DNA of 64,000 nt from the human T2T-CHM13v2.0 reference genome, Homo sapiens (GCF_009914755.1 NC_060930.1), one strand, 5' to 3'; shown: positions 40,062 to 58,604, numbered from the stretch's first letter. The notes: generated from the letters alone by a model not told the origin. Program-made: numbers and translations.

Positions 40062-41975
40062 TTCAGGTGACATTTGATTCAAGACCCAAAGGAATCTAGC
40101 CCTGTCCCACTGTGGAGTTAGAATCACAAACACAGGAGGGAAGAGCCAAGAGATGGAGATCCACCAGTCTAACATGCTTCCTTTTTTCTTTTTTCACTGA
40201 GGCTCAGAGAGTGCAGTGAGCTGCCCGAGGCCACACAGCATGATGGCAGCAGAGCCAAGCAGGAGTTAGAGCCCAGGATTTCGGTGGCCCAAACAGGACT
40301 CTTCCCCCTATTCCTGCTGCCCCCAGGCTGGGGCAGTGCCAGGGCCCTGGGCAAGACAGTTCTGGCTGTTTCAGGATGAGGGGTGAGGGAACTGAGCATG
40401 GGGATGCAAATGTCCACAGCCATTTGACTGCCTTTTGCAGCCTAGTGGGGTGGGCAGGACTTGTTTGGAGCTGAGAGTTGGGGCTCAGGTGCTGGTGCAG
40501 GGACTGCAGAGTGTAAATGGATGGCGTTATGACCTGGGAGGCCTGGCTTCAGCACCCCAGCCCCCTCAGAGTCTCAGCAGCCCCTGCCCGGTGTCAGTCC
40601 TTTGTGCCCCTCACTTCTAGTCCACCAGTGGCCTGACCTCGAGGGCTTGTTCTTCCAGGAGAAGCTCCTTTCTATGGCCCCTTCCTCCTGTCTCCCACCC
40701 TCTCACTCCCAACATGCACCTGCCCTCCTGTGAAGGGAGAAGTGGCCTGGAGGGGAGAAGGGAGCAGTCTTGGGCATGGTGGAGGGTGGGGTCATGAGCC
40801 AGGATGGATGGGCACTCCCCAGGGGCCTGGCTCCTGCTGGATGAGCTTTAAGGAGACAGATGAGAAGTGGGTGCTAAAGGGAGCTCCCTACTGGGCTGCT
40901 GTGCGTGCTGTCGCCTCTGGGCCCTGGGGAGGTGGCGGTGTTCAGAGGCCCTCAGGACAATGTTCCTATTGAGATGGAGAAGCCTAAGGCAGTTAGGCTG
41001 TTGGGGAAAGAGCACTGAGTCTGGAGACTGAGTTCAAATCCCAGTTCTGCTGCATTCTTGCTGAGTGTCCTCGGGCAAGTCACTTCCCCTCTCAGCCTTA
41101 GTCTCCTTTCTTGGTGAAAGAGGATCAAGGATCCCTTCTTCAAAGGGATACTGTAAGGAGGGAATGAGGAGAAGCACAGCGCCTGTCACACAGCCAGGAC
41201 TCTGTCAACAGCGGGCTCTCTCCCCTCAGGGACCTCCGTCTCACCCTCACTTGATTATGGCCAGAGTTTAGGGCCATGCGGACTGGCACTCAGCAGGTGA
41301 CAAGAACTTCGGAGGCTTTTTTCAGGACCTTGGGTGCACACTGGATTAACCATAACCCTTGGTTTATGACACACCCTCCCCAGGATCCACATGTGGACAC
41401 CTCTTAATTTTTAATAATATAATGAATACTGGGAACCCACTGGCAACCCAAGATGATGATGATTACCAGTAATGTCACATGTATCAACTCACTTATTTTT
41501 CTTCTCAGTCATATAGTTTTGTGTCTACACTGTCACCATTTTACAGAAGAGGAAATTGAGGCATAATTGAGCGTTTGGGGCATCCTCTCTGGGGGACGAT
41601 GCTGAGATGCACTGGGTACACTCTTCCCACCAACTCCTCCTGCTCTGGGCTCCAGGCAAACAGAACCCTGAGGGATGACATCATCATATGACCTCCACTG
41701 CGTCCTGCCATGTTCTGTAGCCCCTTCAAATCCCAGCCAGCCCCTCTCCCCGTGCAGGGCCCCACCTTCCACAACACTGACCCCTAGGGTGAGGGGGCCT
41801 CAGGGAGGAGCCTGCCTGGCCCTGTGCTCCCTGCCTGCCTGGGCCTGCCCTGGCTCCTCTCAGCCCCCCGGTGACCTCCCAACCCTGCTCAGTGACACAA
41901 GAGCTTGGTGCTCCTAACACTCTCATGTCTTCCTTCTAGGTGGCGCCCAAGAATAAATGAAAGTAATAAATGAGG

Positions 41976-42325
41976 GGCCAGGTGTGGCAGCTCACGCCTG
42001 TAATCCCAGCACTTTGGGAGGCTGAAGCAGGGGGATAGCTTGAGGCCAAGAGTTTGATACCCGCTTGGGCAACATTGTGAGACTCTGATCTCTACATAAA
42101 ATTAAAAAATAAATTAGCTGAATGTGGTGGCCTGGGTCCCCGCTACTCTGGAGGCTGAGGTGGTAGGATCATTTGAGTCCAGGAGGTTGAGGCTGTAGTG
42201 AGCTATGATCACTACAGAGCAAGACCCTATCTCAAAAAAGAAAGAAAGAAAAAGAAAGGAAGAAAGGAGGAGGAAAGGAAAGAAAGAAGGGAGGGAGGGA
42301 GGGAAAGAAACAAAACAAATCAAAT
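41976..42325 (+). mobile_element. Alu (J-like) with an expanded polypurine tail
   Basis: Dimer followed by a (GAAA)/(GGAA)/(GGGA) tract at 42235-42310. Confidence 0.85.
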
Positions 42326-42338
42326 TAATGAACAAATG

Positions 42339-42782
<444 letters not shown>

Positions 42783-43696
42783 TCAGGGAGCATCTGTGCC
42801 CCTTTGGTTGTGTTGGTCTGACCCACTGATCCTACTGCCCTTGCCCTGTCCCTGGCCTGAGACCTGCCCTTCCCCCACGGCGACTTCCCAGACAGAGAGA
42901 CAGCCAGAGTTCCCAGGCACCATCCTAAGCCGATACAACTAAAGCTGCCCCACAGGGCCTGGGCTGGGCATCGCCTGCTGCTGGGAATGGGGTAGGGTTG
43001 GGGTCCACACGCAATGCCAGGGAAAGCAACCTCTTCCCCACACATGCGGGTCTTGACCTGTATGGGTGGGTGCTGGTCACTTCAGAATCTGCTTAAAAGC
43101 TATGGAACCTCAGAACACACATACACACACACACACATGCAATCCCAGGGACTCACAGACTGCCCCCCCGCCCAGCCGAAGCACCTCCACAAACCCCAGA
43201 TTCAGAGTCCCCGTCCTGGATTGTGGGTAATGTGTGGGCAGGACTGTTGGCCTCACCTCCAGCTCACAGCACAACAATGGCATGCCGTAGGTGTTTACTA
43301 TGTGCCTATTTCAACAAATCAACAGATACCGACTTGTTGGATGAAGGAAAGGACAACTGGGAGGATCATGCGCTGGATCAAGTCACAGTCAGGGGAAGGG
43401 AATGGAGGGTGAGGTGGGGGCTGCCCCTCTGCTAACCATCTCCCATGGCTCCCGCTGCCCCGTGAGAAAGCACGAGGAGTCTGTGGGGCGGGAAGGCCTC
43501 GTGATCCTGCCCCAGTCGCCCGTTTTGCTTCACTTTACAACCATGTGTGTTGGTTCAGCCCTAGAGGCTGCCAGCAGCTCTCGCCAAACATTTACTTATT
43601 CTAACATTTACTGAGATGTTCTAGGCACTGGGGATACAACCATCAACAAAACAGGCCCTGCCATCATAGCGCTGACAGCGGCTCTTGCTTCCAGAC

Positions 43697-44019
<323 letters not shown>

Positions 44020-45289
44020 TGAAACAGTCCTCCTTGTCTGATGGCCTCCTGATCTGGGAGCCCACAGGGACAGGGTTCTTTCTCACGTGCCTGGCATCCT
44101 TGGACCCCAGTGCAGTGCCTGGCAGATAGCTGTGCGTGGACTGAAGGAATGAACAGGATGGATGGACTTTGCTGGGGCCGGGGGTACCAATGGTGAAGCA
44201 GGAGGTGAGTCAAGGCTGGGGCTGAGGTGGGTCTGAAAATGTCCCTGAGGAAGGCAGAGGGTGTGGGGCTAGGTTCCCATGTAAGATCTGATTGCCTTGG
44301 GCAACAATGGCCACAGGCTTGTGGGAAGGAGGAGGATCGGGGAGGGGTGACGGGGAATAGGATTTGCTTCCTGGTGCGGGGTTTCTAGCCACTTCCACCT
44401 CACCCTGGGGTTCCAGTCAGGGGCACCACTCCCCTGAAGTGACTCAAGCCTTGTGGAGTAGGAGGGGCAAAGGGGAGGAGGGTGATGCAGACCACCCAAG
44501 TCAGGCCCTGGGGCTGGGGGACACTGAGCTCTTACCTCCCTGGGTGGTGACTCCTATCACCAGCTCCACAGGAGGGGCTGAGACACGGCCTGCCCTGTGC
44601 TCGGACCCCAAGACAGACTCAGAGAGAGTAAGGGGTCTGCCTGAAGTCACACAGCAGGGTCAGGGCTTGACTTATAGACTCTTTTCATTCCCAGGCAGCA
44701 CCTGCCCAGCTCTACGGGGCCAGGGAGGGGGAGACAGTTTCTCTGAGGGTCCCCCCTCCTAAGGGAGGGGCAAGCCAGGCCTGCCTGTGAGGGCACCACC
44801 CCACTTGCAGATGAGCAGGGGCCTGGCCCAGCTGTGAGGACAGAGGGTACTAGTGGAAGCAGGAACAGGACGGAACGCTGGTAAGAGGAAATCCATCACC
44901 TCTCCTCTCCCTCTCCCAACCCTACTGTCCCAACCGTACGACCGACACCCACTACCCAGCTCCTTCACCACCAGGGAAGCCTCCCTCCTTCAGCTGCCAT
45001 CCTTAAGGAGGGGAAAGGAGACAGGGAGAGGGAGGACAGAGACTGCGGGGGACCCTGTCCTCAGGCATGTGGGAACTGTAAAAATAGGAGGGGGCGTGTG
45101 CACCCAGTGTGACTCCCCTCCCCAGAACTATGGACCTCAGAGCCCGGAGGGGCCTCAGGCTGAACCTGTCTAATGATTCATTTTACAGGGATGTGGTGGA
45201 GGCCCAGAGAGGACAGAAGCTTGCTCAAGGTCACACAGCACTGTGTCTGTTGAACCTATGGAGTGTTTTCTTTGTACAAGGTACTCTTC

Positions 45290-45800
45290 CACGTGCTTCA
45301 CACATACTAACTCCAGAATTCTCCCCACAACCCTATGAGGCAGGTGCACTACTATGATCCCTATTCTACAGATGGGGACACTTTGAGGCACAGAGAGGTT
45401 AAGGAGGTTGCCTGAGGTAACACAGCTTGTGAGTGGGGCAGAGCTATATGGGAGCCCAGGCAGCCTGGCTCCAGAGCCTCGTGCACAACCCCATGCTTTG
45501 TTGCCTCTAGCTGGAGTCACCAAGTAGGAGTCTTGGTCTCGCCTTGACTTCTGCCTGCTGAGTGCCTTCAATTTGGTCTTTCATGATCTGTGTCTTTATT
45601 AATGTAATAATAATATTACTATTTGAATTTATCGAACCCTTTCTGTGGTGCAGGCACTGTGGACTCATGCTTTTCTACATATTACTTCTCATAATAACCC
45701 TATAGGGTAGGTATCATACTCCCATCTGCAGATGAGGAAACAGGCCCAGAGAGGTTCATTAACTTGCTCAGGGACACACAGCTAATAAGAAACAGCCAGA
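45290..45800 (-). mobile_element. MIR SINE fragments (two)
   Basis: ccctattctacagatgggg...gaggcacagagaggttaa and cagatgaggaaacaggcccagagaggtt...aacttgctcagg. Confidence 0.65.
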
Positions 45801-46250
45801 ACTCGAGGCCAGCCAGGCCATGACTCTGTCCTGCCCATACAGGGGCCAACTTGAATGAGGGGTCCCAGGGTCAGTCGGCCCCAGGAAGGTTGTTCTGTCC
45901 AGACATTTTCTCCACTTTTGGAGATCTCTTGCCATCTGTGCCCTTCATTTGACCCAGCAGTCCTGCGTGACCACAGAAGCTGCCCCCACCAGCCCCTGCC
46001 GGCTGGTGACCCTTAAACTCTTCTGCCCTCTTGACACGGCTTTTGCGTCATGTCAGAGAAGCCAGGATCCCCGCGCCCAGTCTGGGACGCAGTTGGCAGC
46101 AGCTGCAGGAAGCATGACCCGCCCAGCATCTCGGGTGTCACTCACGAACCTCCCAGGTGTCGCTACTGGCAGGTGAGGAAACCTCACACAGCACCCCACC
46201 CTCCTCCTTCACCCCCTCGCTCCCTCACTCACATAGTCATTCGTTACTTC

Positions 46251-46537
46251 CTTTTATTTATTTATTTATTTTTGAGCTCGGGTCTCACTCAGCCACCCAG
46301 GCTGGAGTTCAGGGGTGCGATCATAGCTCACTGTAGCCTCCAACTCAAGCGATCTAACGATCCTCCCCCCTCAGCCTCCCAAGTAACCAGGACCATGGGT
46401 ACACATACGTGGCTAGTTAAAAAAAGTTTTTTTTTTTGGTTTGGTGGAGTTGGGGTCGTGCTACATTGCCCAGGCTGGTTTTGAACTCCTGCACCAGCCT
46501 CCCAAGTAGCTGGGACTGCAGTGTGAGCCACCATGAC
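46251..46537 (-). mobile_element. Degenerate Alu (J-like)
   Basis: Reverse Alu motifs with internal deletions. Confidence 0.75.
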
Positions 46538-47010
46538 CTTGGGAGCTCAAGGTCTGACTAGGGAGCTGAGAACAGCACCTGGCACCCGGCAAGTGTCAGG
46601 GAAACAGGGACAGGGATAGACAGGAAGAACTCCAGGAGTAGGAAGAGGAGCCACGGTGGGGTTCTGAGAGGCTGGCAGGCTGGGAGCCGGGCTGTAAAGA
46701 CTGGGCCAAGCCTTGGAGAGGTGTGAGGAAGGGGAAGGAAACAAGCATGTGCTGAGCGTTCTGTGCAGTGTTTCTCACCTGTGAGGCACATACATGAATG
46801 AGGCAGGGTGGACAGACAACTTCTGTGACCTCAGGAGAGCCCCTTCATCTCCCCAGGCTCAGTTTCCTCAGGCACAGAGACAACAACAGTGCTGACCTCT
46901 TAGGTTGAAGATCAACCTTTGCACGAACACATGGACAGCAGAGAACACATAGTGAGTGCTGTGAGGGCTGGGGAGGCCTTGTATAGCCTGCCGAGTTCTC
47001 ACAACAACCC

Positions 47011-47274
47011 TTTTTTTTTTTTTTTTTTTGAGACGGAGTCTTGCTCTGTCACCCAGGCCGGAGGGCAGTGGCACGATCTCAGCTCACTGCAACCTCTGCC
47101 TCAGCCTCCTGAGTAGCTGGGATTACAGGTGCACCACCACGCCCAGCTAATTTTTCTATTTTTAATAGAGACAGGGATGTTGGCCAGGCTGGTCTTGAAC
47201 TCCTGATCTCGTGATCCATCCACCTCGGCCTCCAAAAGTGCTGGGATCACAGGCATGAGCCACTGCGCCCGGCT
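47011..47274 (-). mobile_element. Alu (S-like, internally deleted)
   Basis: Poly(T) followed by a reverse dimer. Confidence 0.9.
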
Positions 47275-49026
47275 GTACGACCCACTTAGAGACAGAAAAA
47301 TGGAGGCAGGGCAGGGGCTGTGCAGTAGCAGAACTGATTGGCCTGCTTGACCAGGCGTCCTAGAGCATTTGGGGCCAGAGTGGGTGGGAAGTCTGGGGAT
47401 CAGAGTGTGGTAGGGCTGGAGACCTCGCAGTCCAACAGCCTGCCCCAGGGGGGTTGAAACCTGGCTTTGGCCCCAGCTCTGCCTCCAACTTGCTGTGCAA
47501 CGTCAAGCTCCTTTCCCTCTTCGGTGTCAGCCTGGTCTTCTAAAGGCCAAGAGGCTGTGTTAGACAGTCTGTCATTAGGTCCCTGATTGGCGCTCCCGGC
47601 ACATGCACACAGGTGCCCCCCACTGTGGGAAAGCCCCCACCTGCCCCTCGCAATCTACTGTCTATCACTGTCCCCTGCAGCACTGTCACATCGGGCAGGC
47701 TGGACAGGCTCTTTACATACGTTGTCTCATTTCATCTGCACACACCGTTGTGAGGGAGGTCTCATTTCTCACTTACCGATGAGGAAACTGAGACCCCGAG
47801 AAGGTAAATGGGCAGCCAAGGCCCCCAGAGAACAGGTGAGTAGGCAGAATGAGGGGCCAAAATCTCCATGCCCTTGCCTCTCCCAGGGTAGGCGGCCCCC
47901 TGGCCTAGTAGAGACCATGGCTGGCTTGTCCTTCAGCCCCCACAGCGGGAGGGAGGTTTCAGAACGGGCTGCCTCTCACTCTGCCAGTCACCCACACACC
48001 TGCCAGAGCTGCTCCACCTGGCTGGGATCTGGGGCCTCTCGGCGCCGTCTTTCCCTGGGTCAGCCTTTTCCCACGACGGGGCTGCGCGAGTGCATCCCGA
48101 GTTGCAGCAGCCGTCTCCTCTGCACTGCTCCATCAGCGAGCTTTTCTGGGCTCCTCCAAGGAGCATGAGCCCTGCCTTCTGGGAGGCCCCATTCTCTCTA
48201 GGTGAACATCAACCTCGCATCGATCCCAGGTGGTGGATGCTCCCTCACTTTACAGGTGAGGAAACTGAGGCAAAGGGGCATTTCTGTTACCTCTTGGGTG
48301 GCACAGCACAAAAGCAGAGTGGAGAACCACGTGCTCGACTCTCTCCCAACCCACATGAAACAAAGGAAAACAACAGCAGACAGAAGGGAACTTGTACAGG
48401 ACAGACCCTCCACACCAGAGGAAAGCAGAACACAAAGGGAGAAGAAAGCCCGAGTCCCTGGGACTGAGGTGTGGGCAGGGGGTGATCAGGCTGAGGCACA
48501 GGTCTCCTGGGACAGGCTTTTGATCCGCTGCAGGTCCTACCGCACAGGGGGCAGGCACTGTACCCAGCCCACCTCCAACCCCCTCACCAACCCTGTTGTT
48601 CCCATTGCACAGATGGGAAAACTGAGGCCCAAGCTCCATCCTGCAGGGCCCTCGGAACAGAAGGGTGAGGTGTATCTGGCTGAAGGGACAAGTGAGTTCC
48701 TGGCAAGCCAAGAGGAGGGGACATGGGCCCTCCAGGCTTCCTGCCCTTGCCCACCGCAGGAAGGATTAGCCCCCTCACTCACACAGTAGCGGGAGGCAGT
48801 GAGAGGACAGAAGGCCACCCTTCAGCTGGGGCCTCCCAAAGCATCCTTTCAACCCTCACAGCCAGCCAAGGAAGGGGCTGCCAAGTGCTTATCCCCATTT
48901 CAGAGGGAAAAACTCAAGCTCAGAGAGATTGACCTGCCCAAGGTTGCACAGCTGATTGGAAGTGGGTCAGTTTGCCTCTCCAGAAGAGAAGGAGGACCAG
49001 AGAACTGAAAGGAGAGACAGGAAGGA

Positions 49027-49513
<487 letters not shown>

Positions 49514-51545
49514 CTACTGTGGTCTCCGGCAGGGTGTGGCCTCCTGGGAGGGGCTGTTTGTTCCCGGGTAGGCCAGGTTTGGGGATGGCTTTATGGTGCC
49601 ATCTGGAAGATGAGGCCTGGGCGGGCCTAGCTGGCATAGGGCCAGGACAGGGAAGGGGGTACCAGGCACAGTGGGGAGCTGCCCCCTCACCCCCGAGCTG
49701 TTGCTTGGCCCCCAGAGGAGGGCGGGGGCTTCAGTGAGCCTGAGTCCAGCATAGTGTGACCCTGTGAAGCAGGAAGTAGCTCCATTTCATGGGTAAGAAC
49801 ACTGAGGCCCAGCAGATCAGCAAACTGCCCAAGTTCATACCTGGCCAGCAGGTATGAACTCAGGCCAGGTATAAGTGACATTAGAGCCTATGTCCTACCC
49901 ACCTCTCAGCACTGCCATACATGGGTGATGAGGGCAAAGGGCAGGTCTGGGGCAGAGGACCTAGCCCAGACACCCTGAAACCTGGAGCAGGGTCTCAAGC
50001 TCCTTGGCACTCGGTTTCCTGTACTGTAAATGGGGGATAATATACTACTCCTTCTGGACAGATGAGAGAAAAGTGGAGATTGTATTTGTGCACACTCTCA
50101 GAAGGATAGACAGTAGTCCCAGGGACGGATGTGAGGGTGTGAGAGAGGGCTGCTGGTTTTTATCATGGGGATGTGTATGATACCCCCACAACACTCACTG
50201 CTGCCACAGGACAAAGTCCTCAACCGATATCGATGACCCTTGGCTGCAGGATCCAACCCCAACCCCCACAGCCACTGCCCCTTTCCCGAGGCAGGGACAG
50301 GGGGTTGAGCAAGTTACCTCCCGTCTCTGAGTCTTAGTCTTCTCAAGGGTCAGGTGGTGATGAACGTTCTCTATAGACTGTCCGTGTGAAGCTCCAGGGA
50401 GCTCCTGCCTGAGAACACGCATGGCCTGTGCAGGTGAGGCATTAATACGTAATAACAGCATCAACACCTTCAACACTGAGTTCATTCCATCTTCTTAAGG
50501 GCCTCAGAGGTACTGTGTCCAGAGACAAGGTCGGGAGCTGCAGGACTTGCAGGAGGAGAGAATTCAGGGAGCCGGCCAGTGTCCTTCCTTCCTCAGCACC
50601 CTGGGCATCGTTCTCCACCAAGAAGGATGCTCAGGGCATAGCGGCTGTGCCCTGGTGGTGAAAGGGCTGCTTGTCCCACATAATCAGTTTGGGTTTAGGG
50701 CTGGTTTCCCTCCAAGCCCAGACAGCTGCCAGGAGGATCTGTCCCGGGCACGGAATGTTGGGGTGTGGGGCGCCCTGCCTGCCTTCCCCATTAGATCTTG
50801 GAGTTTACCACTCATCTGCACACCCAGGGCCCAGCCCACTAGGGAAAACTGTGAAGGGGGCCATAGTCCTGGACCCTTGGCATTTGCTGGGTCTCTGGAC
50901 CCAGCAGCTCCTCTGAGCAATCCCGGTACTAGGGCAGGACTCCCCCACACCCTGGGATCTCTCCTCTCTTCTCCAGGCTTGGGCTGGGCCCCAGGCTGAG
51001 GGCCTCAGTCCCTGACATCTGAGTGTTCCATCTGAGCTGTGATCTGAGGGGTCCTCCCCTGCCCCTTGAGGGTCTACAGCCCTGGGTTTCCGGGCCCCTT
51101 TCCTGAGGGCTACCTTCAGTACACATTTCCCGAGTGCTGACTGCACACCTGGTGCTCCCTAGCCACCTGCTTTATCTCTCCCATGCTAAGCTGTTCATCT
51201 TCTTGGCACCAAGAGCCTGAAATGATCTTTAGGTTTGGTCTGTGCAATGCCTGTCTCTCCCCCATCAGAATGTCAGCACCTTGGGGGCAGGGACTGGGCC
51301 TGGCTCATTCACTGTTGTCTCCAGCTGTGGGCAGCAGTGCCCCTCAAATCAGCTTCCTAGAGAATCCATACCTGCTTCCGGTCCCTGCTGAGTAGGGAGA
51401 GTGGGGGCGGTGGCAAGGCCCCACCCCTCCGCCCCCCTCTGGGGGATACCATAGGTTGGTGTTCTGAGTTCTCCAATCTCCTCCTTTCACCTGAGCAACC
51501 CTGGGGAGTTTCTGTTACTGGCAACCCCAGCAGGTTAGATAATGA

Positions 51546-52619
<1,074 letters not shown>

Positions 52620-52722
52620 CCAGCATGCAGTTTTTAAGATCAGAGATGGAAGAGTACAGGGCATGTGTAGGGAAGAGAGTGCTAGTTGCCTCCCCAGTAT
52701 CTGTTTTCTTCTACTTTAAAAA

Positions 52723-53019
52723 ATTATTTATTTTTTTAGAAATGGGGTCTTGCTCCATTACCCAGGCTGGAGTGCAGTGGCACCATCATGGCTCACTGCA
52801 GCCTCTAACTCCTGGGCTCCAGTGAGCCTCCCGCCTCAGCCTCCTGAGTAGCTGGTACTACAGGCATGTGTCATCCCGTCCAGCTAATTTTTAAATTTTT
52901 ATTAGGGATGAGGTCTTGCTATGTTGCCCAGGCTGGTCTCAAACTCCTGGATTCCAGTGATCCTTCCTCCTCAGCCTCCCAAATGCTAGGATAACAGGTG
53001 TCAGCCACCACACCCGGCC
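52723..53019 (-). mobile_element. Alu (J-like)
   Basis: Reverse dimer containing catggctcactgcagcctc. Confidence 0.88.
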
Positions 53020-53358
53020 TCCTTTTATGGATATAATAATGACAGCATTTCTTGCAGATGGAAGGAACAAGCAGCCAAGTTCTGGCCCATGGGATATACA
53101 TGAAAGTCATCAGGTGGGGATTCTAAGACAGTTCCTTATAAAGGGGCTGATTCAGTCTTTCTTCTGTGTCTGGAATGCGGATGTGATGTCTGGAGCTGCA
53201 GTAGCTGTCTTAAGGATGGAAGCCAGCCCTGTACATACCCTCAGACTTTATATCTAATGAGGGAAAAATAAATCCCTATCTTGTCTAAGCCACTATTGCT
53301 CAGGACCATGCTACTTGCAGCTGAATGCAATTCCCAAGTGACTCAAGAGGGTCTGTCA

Positions 53359-53677
<319 letters not shown>

Positions 53678-53986
53678 TCAGTATCTCCTTCTTTGCCCTC
53701 TCCTTTGCTAAGATGGTCTTAGGTGACTATTTCTCCTTAAGGGAGGCTTCTGAGAAGCAAAGTGAACAAAGGGAAGGGAAGTGGCTGAGATATGGAGCCA
53801 ACCCTTATGAGGAGATCAGGAGTACTTAGGAGAGAGGTCCTCCAGAGATGACCCAGGCCTCCCACTTGAGTGTACAGGAAGGGTGGAGGGACCCCAGACT
53901 CAGCTGTCATCCACTATTCCCCTCAAAAATGAATTTGCAGATGAACATGTAACATACGAGGCACAGTCAGATCTCCAGTAATGTTA

Positions 53987-54397
<411 letters not shown>

Positions 54398-54900
54398 TTA
54401 GAGCCCTGGACTGATGCTGTGGCAGCCCTGGGGTGAGGGTGACCAGGCCAGAGGCATTGCTGTGGAACTGTCAGGCCCTGTGACCAGACCACAGAGGTGG
54501 TCTGTGGCTCCCCACCTCTGGGGAGGGATGGCCACAGAGGCTCCCCCGCTGGTAAGGACAGGCCTGCGAGGACAGAGAGGGCTCAGGTGGACAGGGCAGC
54601 TCTTTATCTAAACCTCATATCATGTGGGTGAAGAGACGGCCCAGAGAGGGTGAGTGGCTCCTTCAAAGTCACACAGCACTAAAGGCAGGACAGGTGCCAG
54701 AATCTGTATAAAATCCATAGTTGGCATCTGAATACAATGGACACCTGCTTTTTTGCTTTGTTTTGGCTGTTCTTCTTGCCTGAAATGCTCTTCTCCCAGA
54801 TATCCACGATGGTCGCTACCCTCAGCTGCTTCACACACCACCTCAAACATCACCTTCTCAGTGAGGACCTCCCTGACCTCTCATTTAAAGTTGCACTCCC

Positions 54901-55362
<462 letters not shown>

Positions 55363-55909
55363 TTAAAGTTGCACTCCCAACTCCCCTTTTCTTATCTTCT
55401 CTTGTTTCTCCCTATCATCTTTCATCACCTGATTTGCCATATGTTTTACTGAACATCAGTTCCATGCTGCAGGGATTTGTGTTTTTGTCTGTTTCACTGC
55501 TGTATCCCCAGCACCTAGGGCACTGCTGGGCACAAGGTAGGTTAAGTCCGCAATATATATTTATTAACAGAACAAATAAATGAGTATCAACCTTCGCCAA
55601 TAGTGTTACCACAGGTGAAGGGCACAATGAAAATGCTTGAGTGGCTTCTTCTAGTGCAGAAGTGTCCTTGAACGTATAACCCATCCCCGTGGACACACTG
55701 TGCTGTGTGTGCCCGTCGTGTCCTGTACCCGCTGCCCCAGGACAGGAGCTGCAACCCCTGAGCTCACAGACCTTGCTGATCCTTTATGAACCAATATGCA
55801 CCCTCAGAAGGGCACGGTTGACAAAATATGTGCTGCTGTTAGGTGTCTATTCATTGTCAAATACTCAAAAGTAGCTATGAATTCTAAAAGAAAATCTGCT
55901 TAGAGAGGA

Positions 55910-56070
55910 ACTAGCAAGACATCTTTGCTCAGGAGTGAGGCCTATAAGGAAAAATCGAATATCCCGCTCTAAAAACTAGAAACAAGCCTTGCGTGAAAAT
56001 GCTTTGTGATGTGCTGTTTCATATCACAGAATGGAACCTGTGTTTTGATTCCAAGGTTCGCAACACTCTA
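55910..56070 (+). repeat. Isolated alpha-satellite (alphoid) monomer fragment
   Basis: tgaggcctata-ggaaaaa-gaatatc-taaaaactagaaacaagc-gaaaatgctttgtgatgtg-ttcatatcacagaatggaacctgtgttttgat-aacactct is colinear with the alphoid consensus. Confidence 0.85.
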
Positions 56071-57767
56071 CAAAGCTTAAATTTTCTCTGCTGCTTTCTT
56101 TGTAGAAAAAACAAAGGCTGCTTTTCCAAGCCTTTGTGATCATGGCCCTCTATTACTGTGAGGCGTGCACACGTATGTTACTGGATATTTATGTTATGTA
56201 GTGGTCTGAAGTCAGAGAGCTTCAGTCTGGCCACTTAGTGGGTGACTACGGAGCTGAGCATCAGTTTTGCTAACCTAATAAAAGAGAATAACCATGGCAC
56301 TTACCTTATCAGAATAACAGCTCCTCTTGTGTGAGCTGTTGACCAGGAGGGCACACTCAGGAGCTGCTGGGGTTCTGGGCATGCTCTAGATCTTGACCTG
56401 GGCAATGGTTATGCAGGGCGTGCATAGGAGAGAAGTCATCAAGCTGAGCCTGTAAGTTCTGTGTTCTTTACTGTATGTAAATTATACCTCAGTAACAAGG
56501 AAAAATTAATTCTTACTTCTGGAGGTTGTGAAGATGGAATAGAAAGAACGTAAACTATGCCTTACGGAAAAAGTTTTAAAATGACTATACAGTGTGAATG
56601 TGTCCATGTATGAATGTATGAGCTTCTGTGTGGTTGGTGTGAGATTATGTGACCCTGTGGGTGTGATGTGTCTGCGTATGAACTAAGGTAACGGTAATGA
56701 GTGTGCACCTGGGTGTCAGTATGTGGATGCACATGTATTGCATGTGCCTATGTCCCCATGTGAGGAGTGCACAGAACTGCACAGGTATGCTGGATTACAT
56801 GCTTGTGAATGGCTGTGTGCATGTGCAGGTATGTGGAGGCTTCTGTGCTCTGAAACCACACGTTCTACACAAGACAGAGCCTGAATCTCAAGCCAGTGGT
56901 TCTGGGACCCAGCTGTGCTCCTCACATGAAGTAAAGTAGGGGCTGGCTAGCAGCAGGGTGTGCTCCCCGCCTCCCCCTCACCCAGAAGGAAGCAGGAGAC
57001 TGAAGGCCTGGATAAAGGTTCCCAGCTCCCTCTCCCTTCCCACAGCTGCAACTTCTCAAAGATGCAAATTACCCTCTGCTCCATGGAAACCAGTCCTGAG
57101 AGCCAAGGTTGCTTCCCCTCAGGCCCAACCACTACCACTATGATTGGACCCCACTGGACCCTAGCTGCCCAGCCTAGGGATGGGAGCCAGCTGGAGTCAG
57201 TTCCTGTTTCCCAACCAGTCACTGATGTTTTTCCCCCTGGGGTGCCTTGGCTCTCCCTGCTGGCTCAGGTGTTGTGGAGAAAGCCTGGGCTAGGAGTGGT
57301 CCACATAGACTGTGGGACTCTGGGGAAGGTAATGCTGTCTCATCTTTGGGGATGCTCTGAATAGCGACTGTACTATCCCAAAACACTGGAGCAAGGCCTG
57401 GCTCTCCCAGACCCTCCTGCCTGGCATATTTGCTGTGGGGCTCACTCACAGGACCCTTAGCCTACCTGGATTCCCTATTGGTGCTCACTTTTCCCATCTC
57501 CTAGGTCCTGTCTCCCCATCAGGGACATGTGTCTTCATCAGCCCTGGATGACGTACATCACGGGGCCCAGCAGCGGTTCAGCACACATAGAGATTCCCTC
57601 CCAACCCACCCTGACAACTCCCCCAAACCCACCACCTCTCTGCAGGCACCCCCGACCCCAAGCCTTCATCTCCATGGCCATGGGCCCATGGTTAGAGTGT
57701 GCTCAACTATCAGGAAGCTGAAATGTGTGGGAGAGAGGTGGGAGAAAGCAGGAGGAAAAGTGAAGAA

Positions 57768-58604
<837 letters not shown>

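Noticed and set aside
41933-41946. CTCF-like motif cttctaggtggcgc
   Set aside because: Two mismatches in the core; such matches are frequent in GC-rich DNA and cannot be supported without ChIP data.
56590-56840. TG-rich, Cys/Met/His-rich ORF region
   Set aside because: Decayed (TG)n low-complexity sequence.
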